A DNA stretch of 64,000 nt from Edaphobacter sp. (GCA_036267495.1 DATAVY010000146.1:2756-66755), one strand, 5' to 3'; counted from the stretch's first letter, positions 50,462-61,632 are shown. A program made the numbers and translations. The notes: generated from the sequence alone by a model not told the origin.

Positions 50462-51219
50462 TGGGAGTCGGCATTCTAGTTGAGGATTTGAATGCGTGGT
50501 ACGGCTCGACGCATACCCTGCAGGACATCAACCTGCACATCCCCGCCAACCATGCCACGGCGCTCATCGGCCCGTCAGGCTGCGGCAAATCCACCTTCGT
50601 CCGGTGCCTCAATCGCATGCACGAGACCAATCCCATTGCCCGCGCCACCGGCGTGGTCAAGATCGGCGATCTCGACATCTACAAGGATGCCTCGCCGGTC
50701 GAAATCCGCCGCCGCGTCGGCATGGTCTTTCAACGGCCTAATCCTTTCCCCACGATGTCAATCTACGACAACGTCGTCAGCGGCCTTAAGCTCAACGGCT
50801 TCCGCAATCGACGCGTCCTCGATGAGACGGTCGAGCGCTCGCTGAAGCAGGCAGCGCTCTGGGAAGAGGTCAAGGACGACCTGAAGAAAAAATCCGGAGC
50901 CTCGCTCTCCGGCGGCCAGCAGCAGCGCATGTGCATCGCGCGCGCCCTCGCCGTCGATCCCGAGGTACTTCTCATGGACGAGCCCGCCTCGGCCCTCGAC
51001 CCGGTCTCCACCTCGAAGATCGAAGACCTCATCTTCCAACTCAAGAGCCAGTACACTATCGTCATTGTGACGCACAACATGCAGCAGGCGGCGCGCGTGG
51101 CAGAAAACACCGGCTTCTTTCTCAACGGTAAGATGGTCGAGTTCGATTCCACCCACAAGATCTTCACAAATCCGAAGGACAAGCGGACGGAAGACTACAT
51201 TACCGGGAGGTTTGGCTGA
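50461..51219 (+). CDS. pstB: Phosphate ABC transporter ATPase
   Basis: [34 protein letters not shown]; GGAGG RBS before GTG. Confidence 0.96.
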   Translation: MGVGILVEDLNAWYGSTHTLQDINLHIPANHATALIGPSGCGKSTFVRCLNRMHETNPIARATGVVKIGDLDIYKDASPVEIRRRVGMVFQRPNPFPTMSIYDNVVSGLKLNGFRNRRVLDETVERSLKQAALWEEVKDDLKKKSGASLSGGQQQRMCIARALAVDPEVLLMDEPASALDPVSTSKIEDLIFQLKSQYTIVIVTHNMQQAARVAENTGFFLNGKMVEFDSTHKIFTNPKDKRTEDYITGRFG

Positions 51220-51887
51220 TGCGCGTCAAATTTCACCAAAGCCTCGACGATTTGAAGGAAAAACTGCTCATCATGGCTGGCATGGCCGAACAAGCTATCC
51301 AGCGCTCCATCGAAGCCTACCGCACTCGCGATCTCTCCATCTGCGAACTCGTCTTCCGCGCCGAGCCATCCATCAATCGTCTCGAGCGCGAGATCGACCA
51401 GATGGCCCTCGACCTTCTCGCCATGGAGCAGCCCATGGCCATCGATCTTCGCTTCATCTTGTCTGTCATCCGCATCAACGCCGATCTCGAACGGGTTGGC
51501 GATCAGGCCGTCAATATTGCCATCCGAGTCCGCGAGATGGGAGCCTTCGCCAACATCGACCTGCCCGTCGATATCCCCAAACTCGCATCTCTTGCCTCTG
51601 CGATGGTGCGGAAAGCGCTCCAGGCCTTTATCGAAGCCGATGCAGACCTTGCCAAATCCGTCCTGCTCCTCGATGACCAGGTCGACGAGATGAACGACGC
51701 CGCCTTCTATGCGCTCAGCTCGCTTATCAGGGAAAAACCTGATCTCACTCCGCAGTCGCTCAACGCGCTGATCATCTCCCGCAATCTGGAACGCGTTGGG
51801 GACCATGCCACCAATATCGCCGAAGACGTCATCTTCTGGGTTCGCGGCGCCGACGTCCGGCACAACAGCACAGCGCCTAATCTGTAG
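51219..51887 (+). CDS. phoU: Phosphate signalling protein PhoU
   Basis: QPMAIDLR, DLERVGD, NLERVGDHATNIAE. Confidence 0.96.
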   Translation: MRVKFHQSLDDLKEKLLIMAGMAEQAIQRSIEAYRTRDLSICELVFRAEPSINRLEREIDQMALDLLAMEQPMAIDLRFILSVIRINADLERVGDQAVNIAIRVREMGAFANIDLPVDIPKLASLASAMVRKALQAFIEADADLAKSVLLLDDQVDEMNDAAFYALSSLIREKPDLTPQSLNALIISRNLERVGDHATNIAEDVIFWVRGADVRHNSTAPNL

Positions 51888-54800
51888 CGCTTACCGCAGG
51901 CATCGCCGGCGCCCACCAGACCAGGCGCGCGAGCATCGGATAGTACAACCCAACCCGCAATCGCCCAGCTTCGACGCGATCCACCATCATCCGCGCGTAA
52001 GCGTCCATCTGCGGCCCATACTTCACGCGCTCCTCAGCCAGAAACTGCTGCACACCCTCGCGCCCATGCGTTGCCGTCTTGTAATCGACGATCCAAAGGC
52101 AATCGTTCCCCGCATCAAGCGGCTTCGCTCCCGCCCGAAACACTCGATCCAGGCGCACGCTGCTTCGTCTCTCGCCCCACGAGGTCAGCGCAAACTCGCT
52201 CGTCGCATCTTCCCGCGGCCCAAGCACCCACAGTCCCTCGGCGTCTTTCAACGTGGTACTGAGGCCTGTTTTAACTCGTGCCGCCAAACGATCCACCGCC
52301 TTCGGAGCCAATCCATCTCCCCGCAGCATCGCCGCAATTCGCGGTGTCCATCCTGCAATCTCGCGCAACAGCACCTCGAGGCCAACACCATCCGCGAGCC
52401 GCTTCGCCAGCAATTCGAGAAACGCATGCACTGCATTTCCAAATACCCGCGCCTCGAAGGAGCCTTCGGGCCGTTCAAAACGCGAAGGCTCCATCGCGGT
52501 CTCGCCGTACGAGAGTCTGAACGTCGGCGAAAACCGTGCTCTCGTGTCGAAGCCTAAGGGCAGACGTCTTAAGATCGCAGGCCGCGCAGTTTCTTCTTCT
52601 GTAGCCGCAATATCACCGACGAAATCTCCAGCGCTATCCTCGGCCTCTGGTATCGACGACATTTCAAATAGTTTCGCTGTGCCCTGCGGCTCTGCAGCGG
52701 CCTCCGCAAAATGCCTCTCCGCGACCGGCCACGCTGTTGCCAGCAGGCTGCCATACTCTCGACAAATCTCTCCCTTTGCCGTCATCTTGGGTGACGCAAA
52801 AAGATGCAACTCCTCGCGCGCCCGCGTACACGCCACATAAAACAGGCGTTTCCTCTCCGCCGCTTCCCGCGCCTTGACGATCTGTCTCAGCCACGAGTTC
52901 AAATCCTTCGAACCCTCGCCGCGTTCCGCAATCGGAGCCAGCACAATCTGCGCGGCTTCGGCATCGCTCGAGTCGATCTCGCTCCAGTTCAGCAGTTTTT
53001 CGCGGTTGGCCTGCGCCTTCTTTTCCAGGCCGGGCACCATCACAACGTCCCACTCCAAACCCTTCGCTCCATGGATCGTCATCAAATCCACAGCGCCCGC
53101 AAGCGCTGCGGTCTCCGCATAAAGCCTTTTGAGTCGCCGCTTCAGGAGGCCGAGGTCCATCGTTCCCGCCTGTTTCTCTACCTCATCCAGCAGTTGCAGA
53201 TAGCGCCGCGCATTGGCCCTCTCGGTACCTTTCAAATAAGCATCTCCGCTCAGCGAGCGCCACGTCCGCTCCACCCATTGCGAAGTCGTCTGTCCCGTCC
53301 TATGCATCCGCGCTGCGTGTAATACCGGCCAAATACGCATCAATCGGGCGCAACTCTCCTCGCTCAACAGGTCGGCGCGCACTGCAATCGCATCCTCGAC
53401 GCTCCGCTCGGCCCATTGGGGATCGTCCGCGCCGGCGAGAACATGCAGGTCGGCTATTCCCAGGCCGCACCACGGCGCATGCAGCATGGCAAACCATGCC
53501 GTGCGGTCCGCAGGATGCAGCAGCGCCCGCGTCAACGCAAACAGGTCGAGCACCTCCTGCCGCTCACCCAGAGGCTCGATGTCCACCGCACGGAAGGGAA
53601 CTGCGCCCTTCGCCTCATCGTTGAACTCCGCCACAATATCGCCCAGAACATTGCGGCTTCGCACCAGCACTGCAATCTTCCAGGGCTCACTGCGACCCTC
53701 CGGCAGCGGCCGCGCTCTCCATTGCTCCACAATGGACCTGACCTGTTGCGCCTCGGCTCGCGCCTGTCTTCGCTTTTCACCCTTTCCATCCTCATCCGCA
53801 CCAAGCACTCGGGTATGCCATGCTACGCTCTGCGCCCCACTCTTTAAGGCTCCGTTCCCAGACGAGTCCCGCACCGCCTGGGCCTCTACATAGGGGACCT
53901 CCTCTGGATTGGCTGCGCTCATCTCCAGCGGAAACAGCAGAGCGAAATCCTCATTGAACGCATCCACGAGTTCGCGTTGCGAACGGAAGTTCGCAGTCAG
54001 TTGCAGGCTGCCCAGCGGCAGATCGCTCAGCTTGCGTGTCTGCATCATGCGGATAAATCGCTCCACCCGGGCCTGGCGGAAGAGATAGATCGACTGTTTT
54101 GGATCGCCCACCAGAAACACCGTCTGGCTATGCCCGTCCCAACCCTGCGTCAACAGTTCGATCAACTTATGCTGGCTTGTCGATGTGTCCTGCATCTCAT
54201 CCACCAGCAGATGGCGCAGCTCTATCCCCAGCGCTTCGGACAGGTCGCGAATACCGCCATGTTCGAGCGCCGCCTTCGCCAGCAGACCCAACTCCGCAAA
54301 GTCGCACTCTTCGTCGCGTGCAAAGATCAGTTGCAGCTCCGCCAGCGACCGGCTCAATACGCGAAACAATGCCTTCGCCACCTTCCATTGCTCTGCCGGA
54401 TAATCCGCCGGCGGAAGACACTTCACCTGCTGAATGGCCTCAAGCGCCCTGGGATGCTCCTGCAACTCGCCAACCAGCTCTTTCAAGCGAACACTGTAAG
54501 GCTTTTCCAAATCGAATTTCAGATAGTTGCTTTGAAATGCCACCCGCCAATTGCCCTTATCCGTCGTCACCAGGTGGATCAGCGCCTGCCAGCGCTCGAG
54601 ATGGTCGGCAATCTCTTCCGGTACATCGTGCATGCCAGCGAGCAATGCGATCGGGGAAGGATTGCCTCTATACCCTTCGGCATGTCCCATCTCTCCCGCA
54701 AGCAGGGCCAGCTCGCGCTTAATGTCCGGCGGCAGACTTCGCGAAAGCTGCGCTAGCCCATCGCCAATCGCTTCCTGGAGCGCCCGCTCGATGCGCGGCA

Positions 54801-55527
54801 GCACGGTGCCATCGAGATACGCATCATCCAGCTCCTGTCCCAGCAGCGGCACCAGCTCGCCCCACTGATTTCGCAGCGGCAGCATCTCCATCAACAGCCG
54901 CTCGCACTCCCCCAGGCTTCCATCGCGATGCAGCAGCACCGTACGCAGCGCCGCGTCGAGCTCGGTATCGTTTCCCCCGAGCTGCATCAACGTCTGCCTT
55001 GCGGCTTCGCGATACATCGGCGTCGGATCCTCCACCGGCCTCTGCCTTCCCCCGCTTCCCGAAAGCACCGGCAGCGACCGCGCAATCTCTCCGCACACTG
55101 AATCGATCGTGCGAATCCTCAATCTTCGTGGATGGTCCAGTAATTTCCAGCCAAGCAAGGCATCCCGCTGCAACACCGCCTCTGCCAGCGTTCGGGTCTC
55201 GCGATCAAACTCCGAGCCGCTCTTCAACGAATCTCCGCGCGCTGCGCCCTCCAATTGCGCCATCACCCGCTCCCGCATCTCGCTGGTCGCCTTCACCGTG
55301 AACGTGATCGCCAGTACCTGCTCCGGCTGCTCCACGCTCTCATCCGCCAGCAGTTTGAGATAGCGCTGAATCAGCAGGCCCGTCTTGCCCGATCCTGCCG
55401 GCGCCTCTACGATCCACGATCGCCGCACATCGAGCGCACGCTCTCGTTCCTGCCAGTCGGGCGGACGACGATCCTTTGCCTCGGAGCGAGAGTCTCCGTC
55501 TCCTGCAACAATAAAAAGATCAGCCAC
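51877..55527 (-). CDS. addA: AddA-like UvrD helicase-nuclease
   Basis: APAGSGKT, AITFT, VDEMQDTS, VGDPKQSIY, TIHGAKGLEW, YVACTRA, C-terminal IVDYKT. Confidence 0.9.
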   Translation of the reverse strand: MADLFIVAGDGDSRSEAKDRRPPDWQERERALDVRRSWIVEAPAGSGKTGLLIQRYLKLLADESVEQPEQVLAITFTVKATSEMRERVMAQLEGAARGDSLKSGSEFDRETRTLAEAVLQRDALLGWKLLDHPRRLRIRTIDSVCGEIARSLPVLSGSGGRQRPVEDPTPMYREAARQTLMQLGGNDTELDAALRTVLLHRDGSLGECERLLMEMLPLRNQWGELVPLLGQELDDAYLDGTVLPRIERALQEAIGDGLAQLSRSLPPDIKRELALLAGEMGHAEGYRGNPSPIALLAGMHDVPEEIADHLERWQALIHLVTTDKGNWRVAFQSNYLKFDLEKPYSVRLKELVGELQEHPRALEAIQQVKCLPPADYPAEQWKVAKALFRVLSRSLAELQLIFARDEECDFAELGLLAKAALEHGGIRDLSEALGIELRHLLVDEMQDTSTSQHKLIELLTQGWDGHSQTVFLVGDPKQSIYLFRQARVERFIRMMQTRKLSDLPLGSLQLTANFRSQRELVDAFNEDFALLFPLEMSAANPEEVPYVEAQAVRDSSGNGALKSGAQSVAWHTRVLGADEDGKGEKRRQARAEAQQVRSIVEQWRARPLPEGRSEPWKIAVLVRSRNVLGDIVAEFNDEAKGAVPFRAVDIEPLGERQEVLDLFALTRALLHPADRTAWFAMLHAPWCGLGIADLHVLAGADDPQWAERSVEDAIAVRADLLSEESCARLMRIWPVLHAARMHRTGQTTSQWVERTWRSLSGDAYLKGTERANARRYLQLLDEVEKQAGTMDLGLLKRRLKRLYAETAALAGAVDLMTIHGAKGLEWDVVMVPGLEKKAQANREKLLNWSEIDSSDAEAAQIVLAPIAERGEGSKDLNSWLRQIVKAREAAERKRLFYVACTRAREELHLFASPKMTAKGEICREYGSLLATAWPVAERHFAEAAAEPQGTAKLFEMSSIPEAEDSAGDFVGDIAATEEETARPAILRRLPLGFDTRARFSPTFRLSYGETAMEPSRFERPEGSFEARVFGNAVHAFLELLAKRLADGVGLEVLLREIAGWTPRIAAMLRGDGLAPKAVDRLAARVKTGLSTTLKDAEGLWVLGPREDATSEFALTSWGERRSSVRLDRVFRAGAKPLDAGNDCLWIVDYKTATHGREGVQQFLAEERVKYGPQMDAYARMMVDRVEAGRLRVGLYYPMLARLVWWAPAMPAVSATD

Positions 55528-58234
55528 GGCTCGCCTCATCCGCAGCCGCAGCATCCTCTTCTTCGATCGACGACACATCCAGACGGCATAGCAGTCTCTG
55601 CCCGCAGTGTTCGCATGTCGCGGGATACTGCTTCGGCTGCACCCGCGCGTCGCCGGAAGAAAATTCCTCCGCCAGCTTCACCAGCACCTGCCTCCACCGT
55701 TCGACCTGCTCTTCAAGCGTTGCCGCCTCCGTCAGCTTGCTCGGCCTGCCCGGCAAGATGCCTTCCTCCGCGGCGTATCCTTTCAAATCGCGTGCCTCCC
55801 CCGCGCGCACCAACCCAAAGGCAACTCCCTTCAGCTGGCTGGCCTCCGACATAATCGCATAGAGAGGAAGCTGTGGAGCGTCCGGCCTGTCTGTGAGCCA
55901 GTCATTCGGTGTCGCACTTCCAGTCTTGTAGTCAATCAGGACCTCACCGTCCGCGACCTCATCCACGCGATCCATCCGCACGCTCAGCAGCAGCGGGCCC
56001 ACTGGAACATCCTTGAACTCCTTTTCACTCAATTTCACTTCAAACGGCAACCCACGTGCCGATTCCAGCTCCAGCCACCAGCTCAGAAGTCTGCGCAGCC
56101 TGTCGCGTTGCACCTGCAGGTAGGCGGCGTCCCACGCGGTTGCACTCGTCTCCTCCGTTCTTTTCAATCCCTCCGCGATGCACCACTCCAGCAGCCCATC
56201 GCGTTCCTCGATCGACATCGACTTCAATGTGGCCTGCGTCTGCACCTCATCCCAGAACAGTTTCAGCACATTGTGGATCACCGTGCCGCTCTCCCGCGCA
56301 TCCATTCCCGGCGCTATCGATTCGAGCTCACTAGCCCGCAGACGGTATTCCGCAAACGCGCGAAATCCGCACGCAGCCTGCAACTGCAGCACCGCCGCCC
56401 CACCCCGTATCGGCCCATCCGGCAGCGGCTGAACCCGCGCAACATCCTCAACCTCCTCCAACTCCACCACACCCTGAGCTGCTGGCGAATCGACCAGCTC
56501 GCCAGGACTAACCTCGTCCAATCCCAACCCGGCCAAAGCGGGCGAACGCCGCTGTCTTCCCTCAGCAGACTCTCTCGCGTAGCTGAACGTCACGATGCCC
56601 GCACAATCCGCAATACGCTGCGTTATTTGCCGGGCGGATCCGCTGTCCCGCCGAATCTCCGTCCCTGGCATTCCGAGATCACGCTGCATGGACCATGGCA
56701 GCAGGGAACTGCTCGACGTCTCCATCGGCCAGCTAAGTTCGCCCCCGCGAAGAAACCAAACCGCATCGAACGTCCCGCCCGCGGCCTCGAGCGGTCCCAT
56801 CACCTGCACCGGCGCGCCCCGAGACTCCGGTGCGAACGTCGTCTGTCGTGCGATCCTCTCCAACCCATTCAGCGCCTGCTCGAATTCAACCTGCACTCCA
56901 TCGAAATCGAGCGTAGCGAGCTCGTCGAGCGTGCTCTCCCATTTGCGCCGCATCTGAAACTCAACGCTGGTCTCGACCGAACCGCTGCCCCAAGCCGCAG
57001 CCTCGAGCAACCTTCGCATCTCCTCCGCCCATTCCACATTCGTCCGGGCATTCATGCCCTGCAGACGGGTGGCGATCACCTGCATTGCGCGCAATCCTCT
57101 CAGCAATCCCGAGAGCTTTCCTCTTCGCTTCGACCTCTCCACCGCAACAATCAATGCCTCAAGAGAGATCTCCGGACGCAGCATCCGCATCTTCCGCAGT
57201 TCAAAGGCGTCGAACTCCGCCCGCGCTCCCCGCTCATCGTCCGCCACAGCGAAATATGGAGAGAGCAGCAACCCACTCACGCGCTCCAACGTCAGCGTTC
57301 CACCAGCCCAGCGCAACAAATCCAGAGCAACTGCGACCATGGGCGTCTCCGCCAGCGCGATTCCCAGAGAAAACTCGTACGGTCCCGTATCGTTTCCTGC
57401 CTGAATATCTTCCAGCTCCGGAGCCAGCACCTCGCGAAACACACGATCGATCTCGCTGCGTTGCGCCTCCAGCCCCGGCACAATCACCGCCATCCTCGCC
57501 TCCGGCCGTTGCTCCAGGAACTTCCGCGCCCAACCCGCGGCGACGAATAACTCTTCGCGCTCATCCGCCGCCTCCACCAGCAATCGCCGTTCCACGGCAA
57601 CAGCCGGTTGCAGCTCCTCCACGCTGACTCCCGCCGATCGCAACGCCTCCACCAATCTCGCCTGCGCCGGTGTCATCGCGTCGAATCCAACCAGCAACAC
57701 TCCGCCCTCCGGAAGCCTCAGTGTTCCGTTCTCCGCCGCCCCGCGAAGCGTTTCCTCCAGTTGCGCCTGTGCCAGAAATCCTTCCGACCTGCACACTCGT
57801 TCGAAGGTGCGCGACCATCGCTGAAACGCCTGCGTATCTATGTTCCCCATCGCGCCGCGCAGCCGTCCTCGTCCTTCGTAGCTCGAAGCCAGCCGCCACG
57901 CCTCCGCCGCCATCTCCGCCAGCGAGTCCACTCCTCGCAGGCTGGCAAGCTCCTCGTCCGCCTCCAGCACTGTCCTCCACACCGCGCGCTCCTGCGCGCG
58001 GTTCAGCAGCATCTGCTCAGCATGGCCTTCGATCGCCAATCCACGCCACAAGGCAATCGTCCAGGACTCCCACGCCATCGCCGCTGCCGGCGGCCAACTC
58101 GCCAGCCCCAACTCGTGATTTCGCCGATCCCAGTCCCGCCGCACAGTTCGCGCTGCCCGCTGATTGCCTGTCACTACGGTTGCGCCCCGCTCCAACGCTT
58201 CAGCAATCCCGACCGGCAAAAACTCCATGCCCAT
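55520..58234 (-). CDS. addB: AddB-like PD-(D/E)XK nuclease subunit
   Basis: CGF..CEHC..C Fe-S staple, RMDRVD, IDYKTG, QLPLY; coupled to addA. Confidence 0.88.
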   Translation of the reverse strand: MGMEFLPVGIAEALERGATVVTGNQRAARTVRRDWDRRNHELGLASWPPAAAMAWESWTIALWRGLAIEGHAEQMLLNRAQERAVWRTVLEADEELASLRGVDSLAEMAAEAWRLASSYEGRGRLRGAMGNIDTQAFQRWSRTFERVCRSEGFLAQAQLEETLRGAAENGTLRLPEGGVLLVGFDAMTPAQARLVEALRSAGVSVEELQPAVAVERRLLVEAADEREELFVAAGWARKFLEQRPEARMAVIVPGLEAQRSEIDRVFREVLAPELEDIQAGNDTGPYEFSLGIALAETPMVAVALDLLRWAGGTLTLERVSGLLLSPYFAVADDERGARAEFDAFELRKMRMLRPEISLEALIVAVERSKRRGKLSGLLRGLRAMQVIATRLQGMNARTNVEWAEEMRRLLEAAAWGSGSVETSVEFQMRRKWESTLDELATLDFDGVQVEFEQALNGLERIARQTTFAPESRGAPVQVMGPLEAAGGTFDAVWFLRGGELSWPMETSSSSLLPWSMQRDLGMPGTEIRRDSGSARQITQRIADCAGIVTFSYARESAEGRQRRSPALAGLGLDEVSPGELVDSPAAQGVVELEEVEDVARVQPLPDGPIRGGAAVLQLQAACGFRAFAEYRLRASELESIAPGMDARESGTVIHNVLKLFWDEVQTQATLKSMSIEERDGLLEWCIAEGLKRTEETSATAWDAAYLQVQRDRLRRLLSWWLELESARGLPFEVKLSEKEFKDVPVGPLLLSVRMDRVDEVADGEVLIDYKTGSATPNDWLTDRPDAPQLPLYAIMSEASQLKGVAFGLVRAGEARDLKGYAAEEGILPGRPSKLTEAATLEEQVERWRQVLVKLAEEFSSGDARVQPKQYPATCEHCGQRLLCRLDVSSIEEEDAAAADEASRG

Positions 58235-58267
58235 ACCTTGTTTATACGCTCGCACCTGCCGGAAAAA

Positions 58268-59431
58268 TTAGCCAGCCGCGACGGAAGACTTCCGCGCGAA
58301 CCAGCTCATCCCAAGTAACCCGACTGCAGCCGCGAAGGGCAGTGCCAGCGCCACCTGCAGCGACCCGGTCCGCGTCGATACCACGCCCATCATCCACGGC
58401 AGAGCCGCCGCTCCCAACCCCGAAACCGCCAGCACAATCCCCGCCTGCCGCGCCGTCGGCCGCTCCGCCATCAACAGCGCCCAGGTCGCCGGAAAGAACG
58501 GCGCCAGGCTCAATCCGAGCAATATCGTGAACCCGGCAATCGTCACCGCCGAATGGGCCATCGCCAATCCCGCAGTAAAGACAGCCGACAGCCCCAGTCC
58601 CCAACGCTGCACCGTCTTTTCTCCAGCCCGCAGCATCACCGCCGAAGCCCCAGCCCGCCCCACAGTCAGCGACATCCAAAGTAGCAATGTCGTGTACTCG
58701 CTCACTGCCAACGTCTTGTCGCCGTACCGCAACGCAAACGTCGTCAGCCATCCGCTCAGACAAGTCTCCAGCCCGCCATAAAGAATCAATAGCCCCGCGA
58801 AGTAGAGATACACGCGCCCGCTCAACCCGATCTGCGCAGCGCCTTCCTGTGGCTCCTGGAACTCCTCCGGAGACGAAACATCCCCTCGCATCTGCATCGA
58901 CAAACCAATCCCACCCAGCAGAAACAGACCTGCGAAACTCTCCAGCAATCCGCGCAATGCAAACCGCGGCAGCAGCCACGCAGACAATAACGCCGACAGC
59001 ATCGCTCCCAGGCTGAACGAGAAATTCAACATCGCCAGCGCCGACCCGCGATGCTCGGTAAATCTGCGTCCCGCGAGAATATTCACCGAAGTAATAATCT
59101 GGCCCAATCCGAATCCACCGGCAAACAGAGCCACGCAACCCACGCCCATATCGGGGGCGACGGCAAATCCGCCAAACCCGACGGCTCCGGCCAGCAATCC
59201 CGTCAGCAGGCTCCGCCGCAGCTTGCGCGACACCGTCACTCCACCCAGAAAGGCTCCGCAGAACTTCGCCATCATTAATAGACCGCTCTGCGAGTCCTCC
59301 ATCTCCCATTGCCGCGCCAATTCTGGCAGAATCGGCCCCAGCAACGCCGTGCCCAGTCCCGCCAGCACCAACCCGAAGTGCATCAGCCCCAGCGAAGGCG
59401 CCGCTGTCCTGCTTCGTTCGACCAACTCCAC
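58268..59431 (-). CDS. MFS transporter
   Basis: About 12 TM helices; FucP/TsgA-like pattern. Confidence 0.88.
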   Translation of the reverse strand: MELVERSRTAAPSLGLMHFGLVLAGLGTALLGPILPELARQWEMEDSQSGLLMMAKFCGAFLGGVTVSRKLRRSLLTGLLAGAVGFGGFAVAPDMGVGCVALFAGGFGLGQIITSVNILAGRRFTEHRGSALAMLNFSFSLGAMLSALLSAWLLPRFALRGLLESFAGLFLLGGIGLSMQMRGDVSSPEEFQEPQEGAAQIGLSGRVYLYFAGLLILYGGLETCLSGWLTTFALRYGDKTLAVSEYTTLLLWMSLTVGRAGASAVMLRAGEKTVQRWGLGLSAVFTAGLAMAHSAVTIAGFTILLGLSLAPFFPATWALLMAERPTARQAGIVLAVSGLGAAALPWMMGVVSTRTGSLQVALALPFAAAVGLLGMSWFARKSSVAAG

Positions 59432-59482
59432 CCCCGCCGCAAACTCCGGTACCAGCCATTATCATGGACACAGGAGCAACTC

Positions 59483-60370
59483 GTGCCGCGCAAGCCTTTT
59501 TTTCTTCTAGTGTTCATCGCTCTATTCATCGGATGCCGACAAGGTACTCTACCTTCCTCAAACTCATCGACTCCACAAAAGACCTTCAGCCTCCGCGGCA
59601 AGGTCGTAGCGGCGAACGGCGCCCACGTCACGCTCGACGGCGAAGACATTCCCGGTTTCATGGAAGCCATGACCATGGACTACAAGCTCAAGGACCCCAG
59701 CGTCGCCAGCGAACTTCACCCCGGCGACCGCATCACCGCAACCGTCCTCGCAGACAAGACCGGCGACGGCTACACCAACGTCCGCCTCGACCACATCGTC
59801 GTCATCGCCCAGGCACGTCCCGACTACAAGCCCGCAGTCACCTATCATGTCCCCACTCCCGGCGACCCGGTTCCCGACTTCCATCTCCTCAACCAGAGCG
59901 GCCGCACCATCCATCTCGATCAGTTCAAAGGCAAGCTCGTTCTTCTCACCTTCATCTACACCCGCTGCCAGCTCGCCGACTTCTGTCCTCGCATGAGCCG
60001 CAACTTCGCCGACATCGATAAGGCCCTCGCCGCCGACCCGTCTCTTTACAGGCAGACTCATCTCCTCTCCGTCAGCTTCGATCCCGCCTACGATACGCCG
60101 AAGGTTTTGCGCAGTTACGGCGGCGCCTATACCGGCAACTACACCAACGAAAAATTCCTGCACTGGGACTTCGCCGCTCCGGCAGAAAAAGATCTTCCCG
60201 CCGTCACCCAGTTCTTCAATGTCGGCGTCACTCCAGGCGATAACAAATCGCTCACCCATTCGCTCTCGACCGTGCTCATCGGCAAGGATGGCAAAATCGT
60301 AGCCTGGTATCCCGACAACGACTGGAAGCCGGAAGACCTGCTCGCGACCATAAGAAAAAACGCCGGTTAG
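59483..60370 (+). CDS. SCO/SenC lipoprotein with N-terminal CusF-like domain
   Basis: Lipobox FIG-C; IPGFMEAMTMDY; FIYTRCQLADFCP; SFDPAYDT; THS. Confidence 0.88.
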   Translation: MPRKPFFLLVFIALFIGCRQGTLPSSNSSTPQKTFSLRGKVVAANGAHVTLDGEDIPGFMEAMTMDYKLKDPSVASELHPGDRITATVLADKTGDGYTNVRLDHIVVIAQARPDYKPAVTYHVPTPGDPVPDFHLLNQSGRTIHLDQFKGKLVLLTFIYTRCQLADFCPRMSRNFADIDKALAADPSLYRQTHLLSVSFDPAYDTPKVLRSYGGAYTGNYTNEKFLHWDFAAPAEKDLPAVTQFFNVGVTPGDNKSLTHSLSTVLIGKDGKIVAWYPDNDWKPEDLLATIRKNAG

Positions 60371-60455
60371 CCCTCGTCGACCGCCTCCGGACAACAATAG
60401 ACCTGGTTCAATCATCAGACCTTCTTGTGTCCGAGATGTATGGAGGTAATTTCCC

Positions 60456-60815
60456 ATGATGCAAAATAGACTTGCAGCTTCACTACTTGCTGTGGCACTT
60501 GCAACATCTGGTTATGCCATCGCCCAACCCTTCACTGCGACGAGTTCCGCCTATGGTCAGGATCGTGACCATGATCGTGCCTGGGACACCCCCCCACAAG
60601 AGTTTCGCGATATACAGCGCCAGGGTTTCCACGATGGTATCGAGGGTGCGCGCAAAGATTACGACAATCATCGCCGGCCCGATGTCAACAACCGCGATGA
60701 GTATCGGCATCCTCATGTGCCCGACAGCGCCAAATCCGACTATCGCGATGGATTTCGGCGCGGCTACGAGGCCGCGACGGACCACCTGATGAACGGCACT
60801 CATGGACCGCGATAA
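60456..60815 (+). CDS. Secreted hypothetical protein
   Basis: GGAGG RBS, signal peptide, internal repeats GFHDG and YRDGFRRGY. Confidence 0.75.
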   Translation: MMQNRLAASLLAVALATSGYAIAQPFTATSSAYGQDRDHDRAWDTPPQEFRDIQRQGFHDGIEGARKDYDNHRRPDVNNRDEYRHPHVPDSAKSDYRDGFRRGYEAATDHLMNGTHGPR

Positions 60816-60838
60816 AATCGCTGCCGCCGAATGCAGGG

Positions 60839-60865
60839 AACCGGCCGTCAAGGCCGGTTTTCTTT
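60839..60865 (+). terminator. Rho-independent terminator
   Basis: AACCGGCC-GTCAA-GGCCGGTT followed by TTCTTT. Confidence 0.7.
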
Positions 60866-61002
60866 GCCCCGGCTTCGCGATTTCGCTCCCTCACGATGAC
60901 CGCTGCGAACGGACTGGCATCCCTTGACAGAATTGACCTCCGCCTAAGGCCGATTTAAGCAGAAGCTCAGTCCGTCGCAACTCTTGTCCTCCTCGTACTC
61001 CT

Positions 61003-61063
61003 TCAAAGTCCTCCCTCATAACCTTTGTTTCGAAGACTTTGTGCAAGAAAGTCGGGGGAGGGG
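61003..61063. repeat. Dispersed intergenic element, copy 2 (inverted relative to 6201-6260)
   Basis: Minus strand reads CCCCTCCCCC..CAAAGTCTTCGAAACAAAG..GGACTTTGA. Confidence 0.65.
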
Positions 61064-61112
61064 TGTGCAGTTCAAGTATCCTGATATTGCGTCCAAAAGA
61101 GGGATTCATTCC

Positions 61113-61490
61113 ATGGCAAAACTCACGATCGGCTTCGGCGTCCTGCTCATGCTTCTCGGTGTCTTCGGGTTCGTCGCCACGGGTAGCGCTCACCCCACTG
61201 CTCTCATCCCTGCCGCTATCGGTGTTCTTTTCATCCTCTTTGGCGTCATGGCGGGTACCGAAAACCCGAAGAAGCGCATGCTCTGGATGCACATCTCCGT
61301 CACCGTGGCTCTGCTGGTCTTTCTCGGAATGATCCCCGCCATGGTCGACGTCTTCCGCCTCGCCCATGGTGCATACTTCCCCTATCCAGCAGCAGTAGAG
61401 TCGAAGTCTGCCCTGGGCCTGTTCTCTTTGATCTACGTCCTCTTCTGCGTTCGCTCCTTCATCAATGCGCGCCGCAGCCGCCTCGCATAA
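61113..61490 (+). CDS. Small four-TM membrane protein
   Basis: GAGGGA RBS; PTALIPA, WMH, RSFINARR. Confidence 0.78.
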   Translation: MAKLTIGFGVLLMLLGVFGFVATGSAHPTALIPAAIGVLFILFGVMAGTENPKKRMLWMHISVTVALLVFLGMIPAMVDVFRLAHGAYFPYPAAVESKSALGLFSLIYVLFCVRSFINARRSRLA

Positions 61491-61632
61491 ACCCTCAGCA
61501 GGAAACAGCCTGATATTGCGTCGGCGACCCTATCTACTTCATCAAACGCAGATAATCGCAGCGGGATCAGACTGTGTGCTCCCTACGCTTTCGTCGGAAA
61601 AACTCGCATTACGGCGTAAACTCGGAGTATCC

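Noticed and set aside
45034-51887. Functional link between the pho/pst operon and lanthanide use
   Set aside because: Ordinary housekeeping operon separated from the module by unrelated genes.
55607-57550. 647-aa + strand ORF
   Set aside because: Shadow of addB with low-complexity Arg/Pro/Gln/His content.
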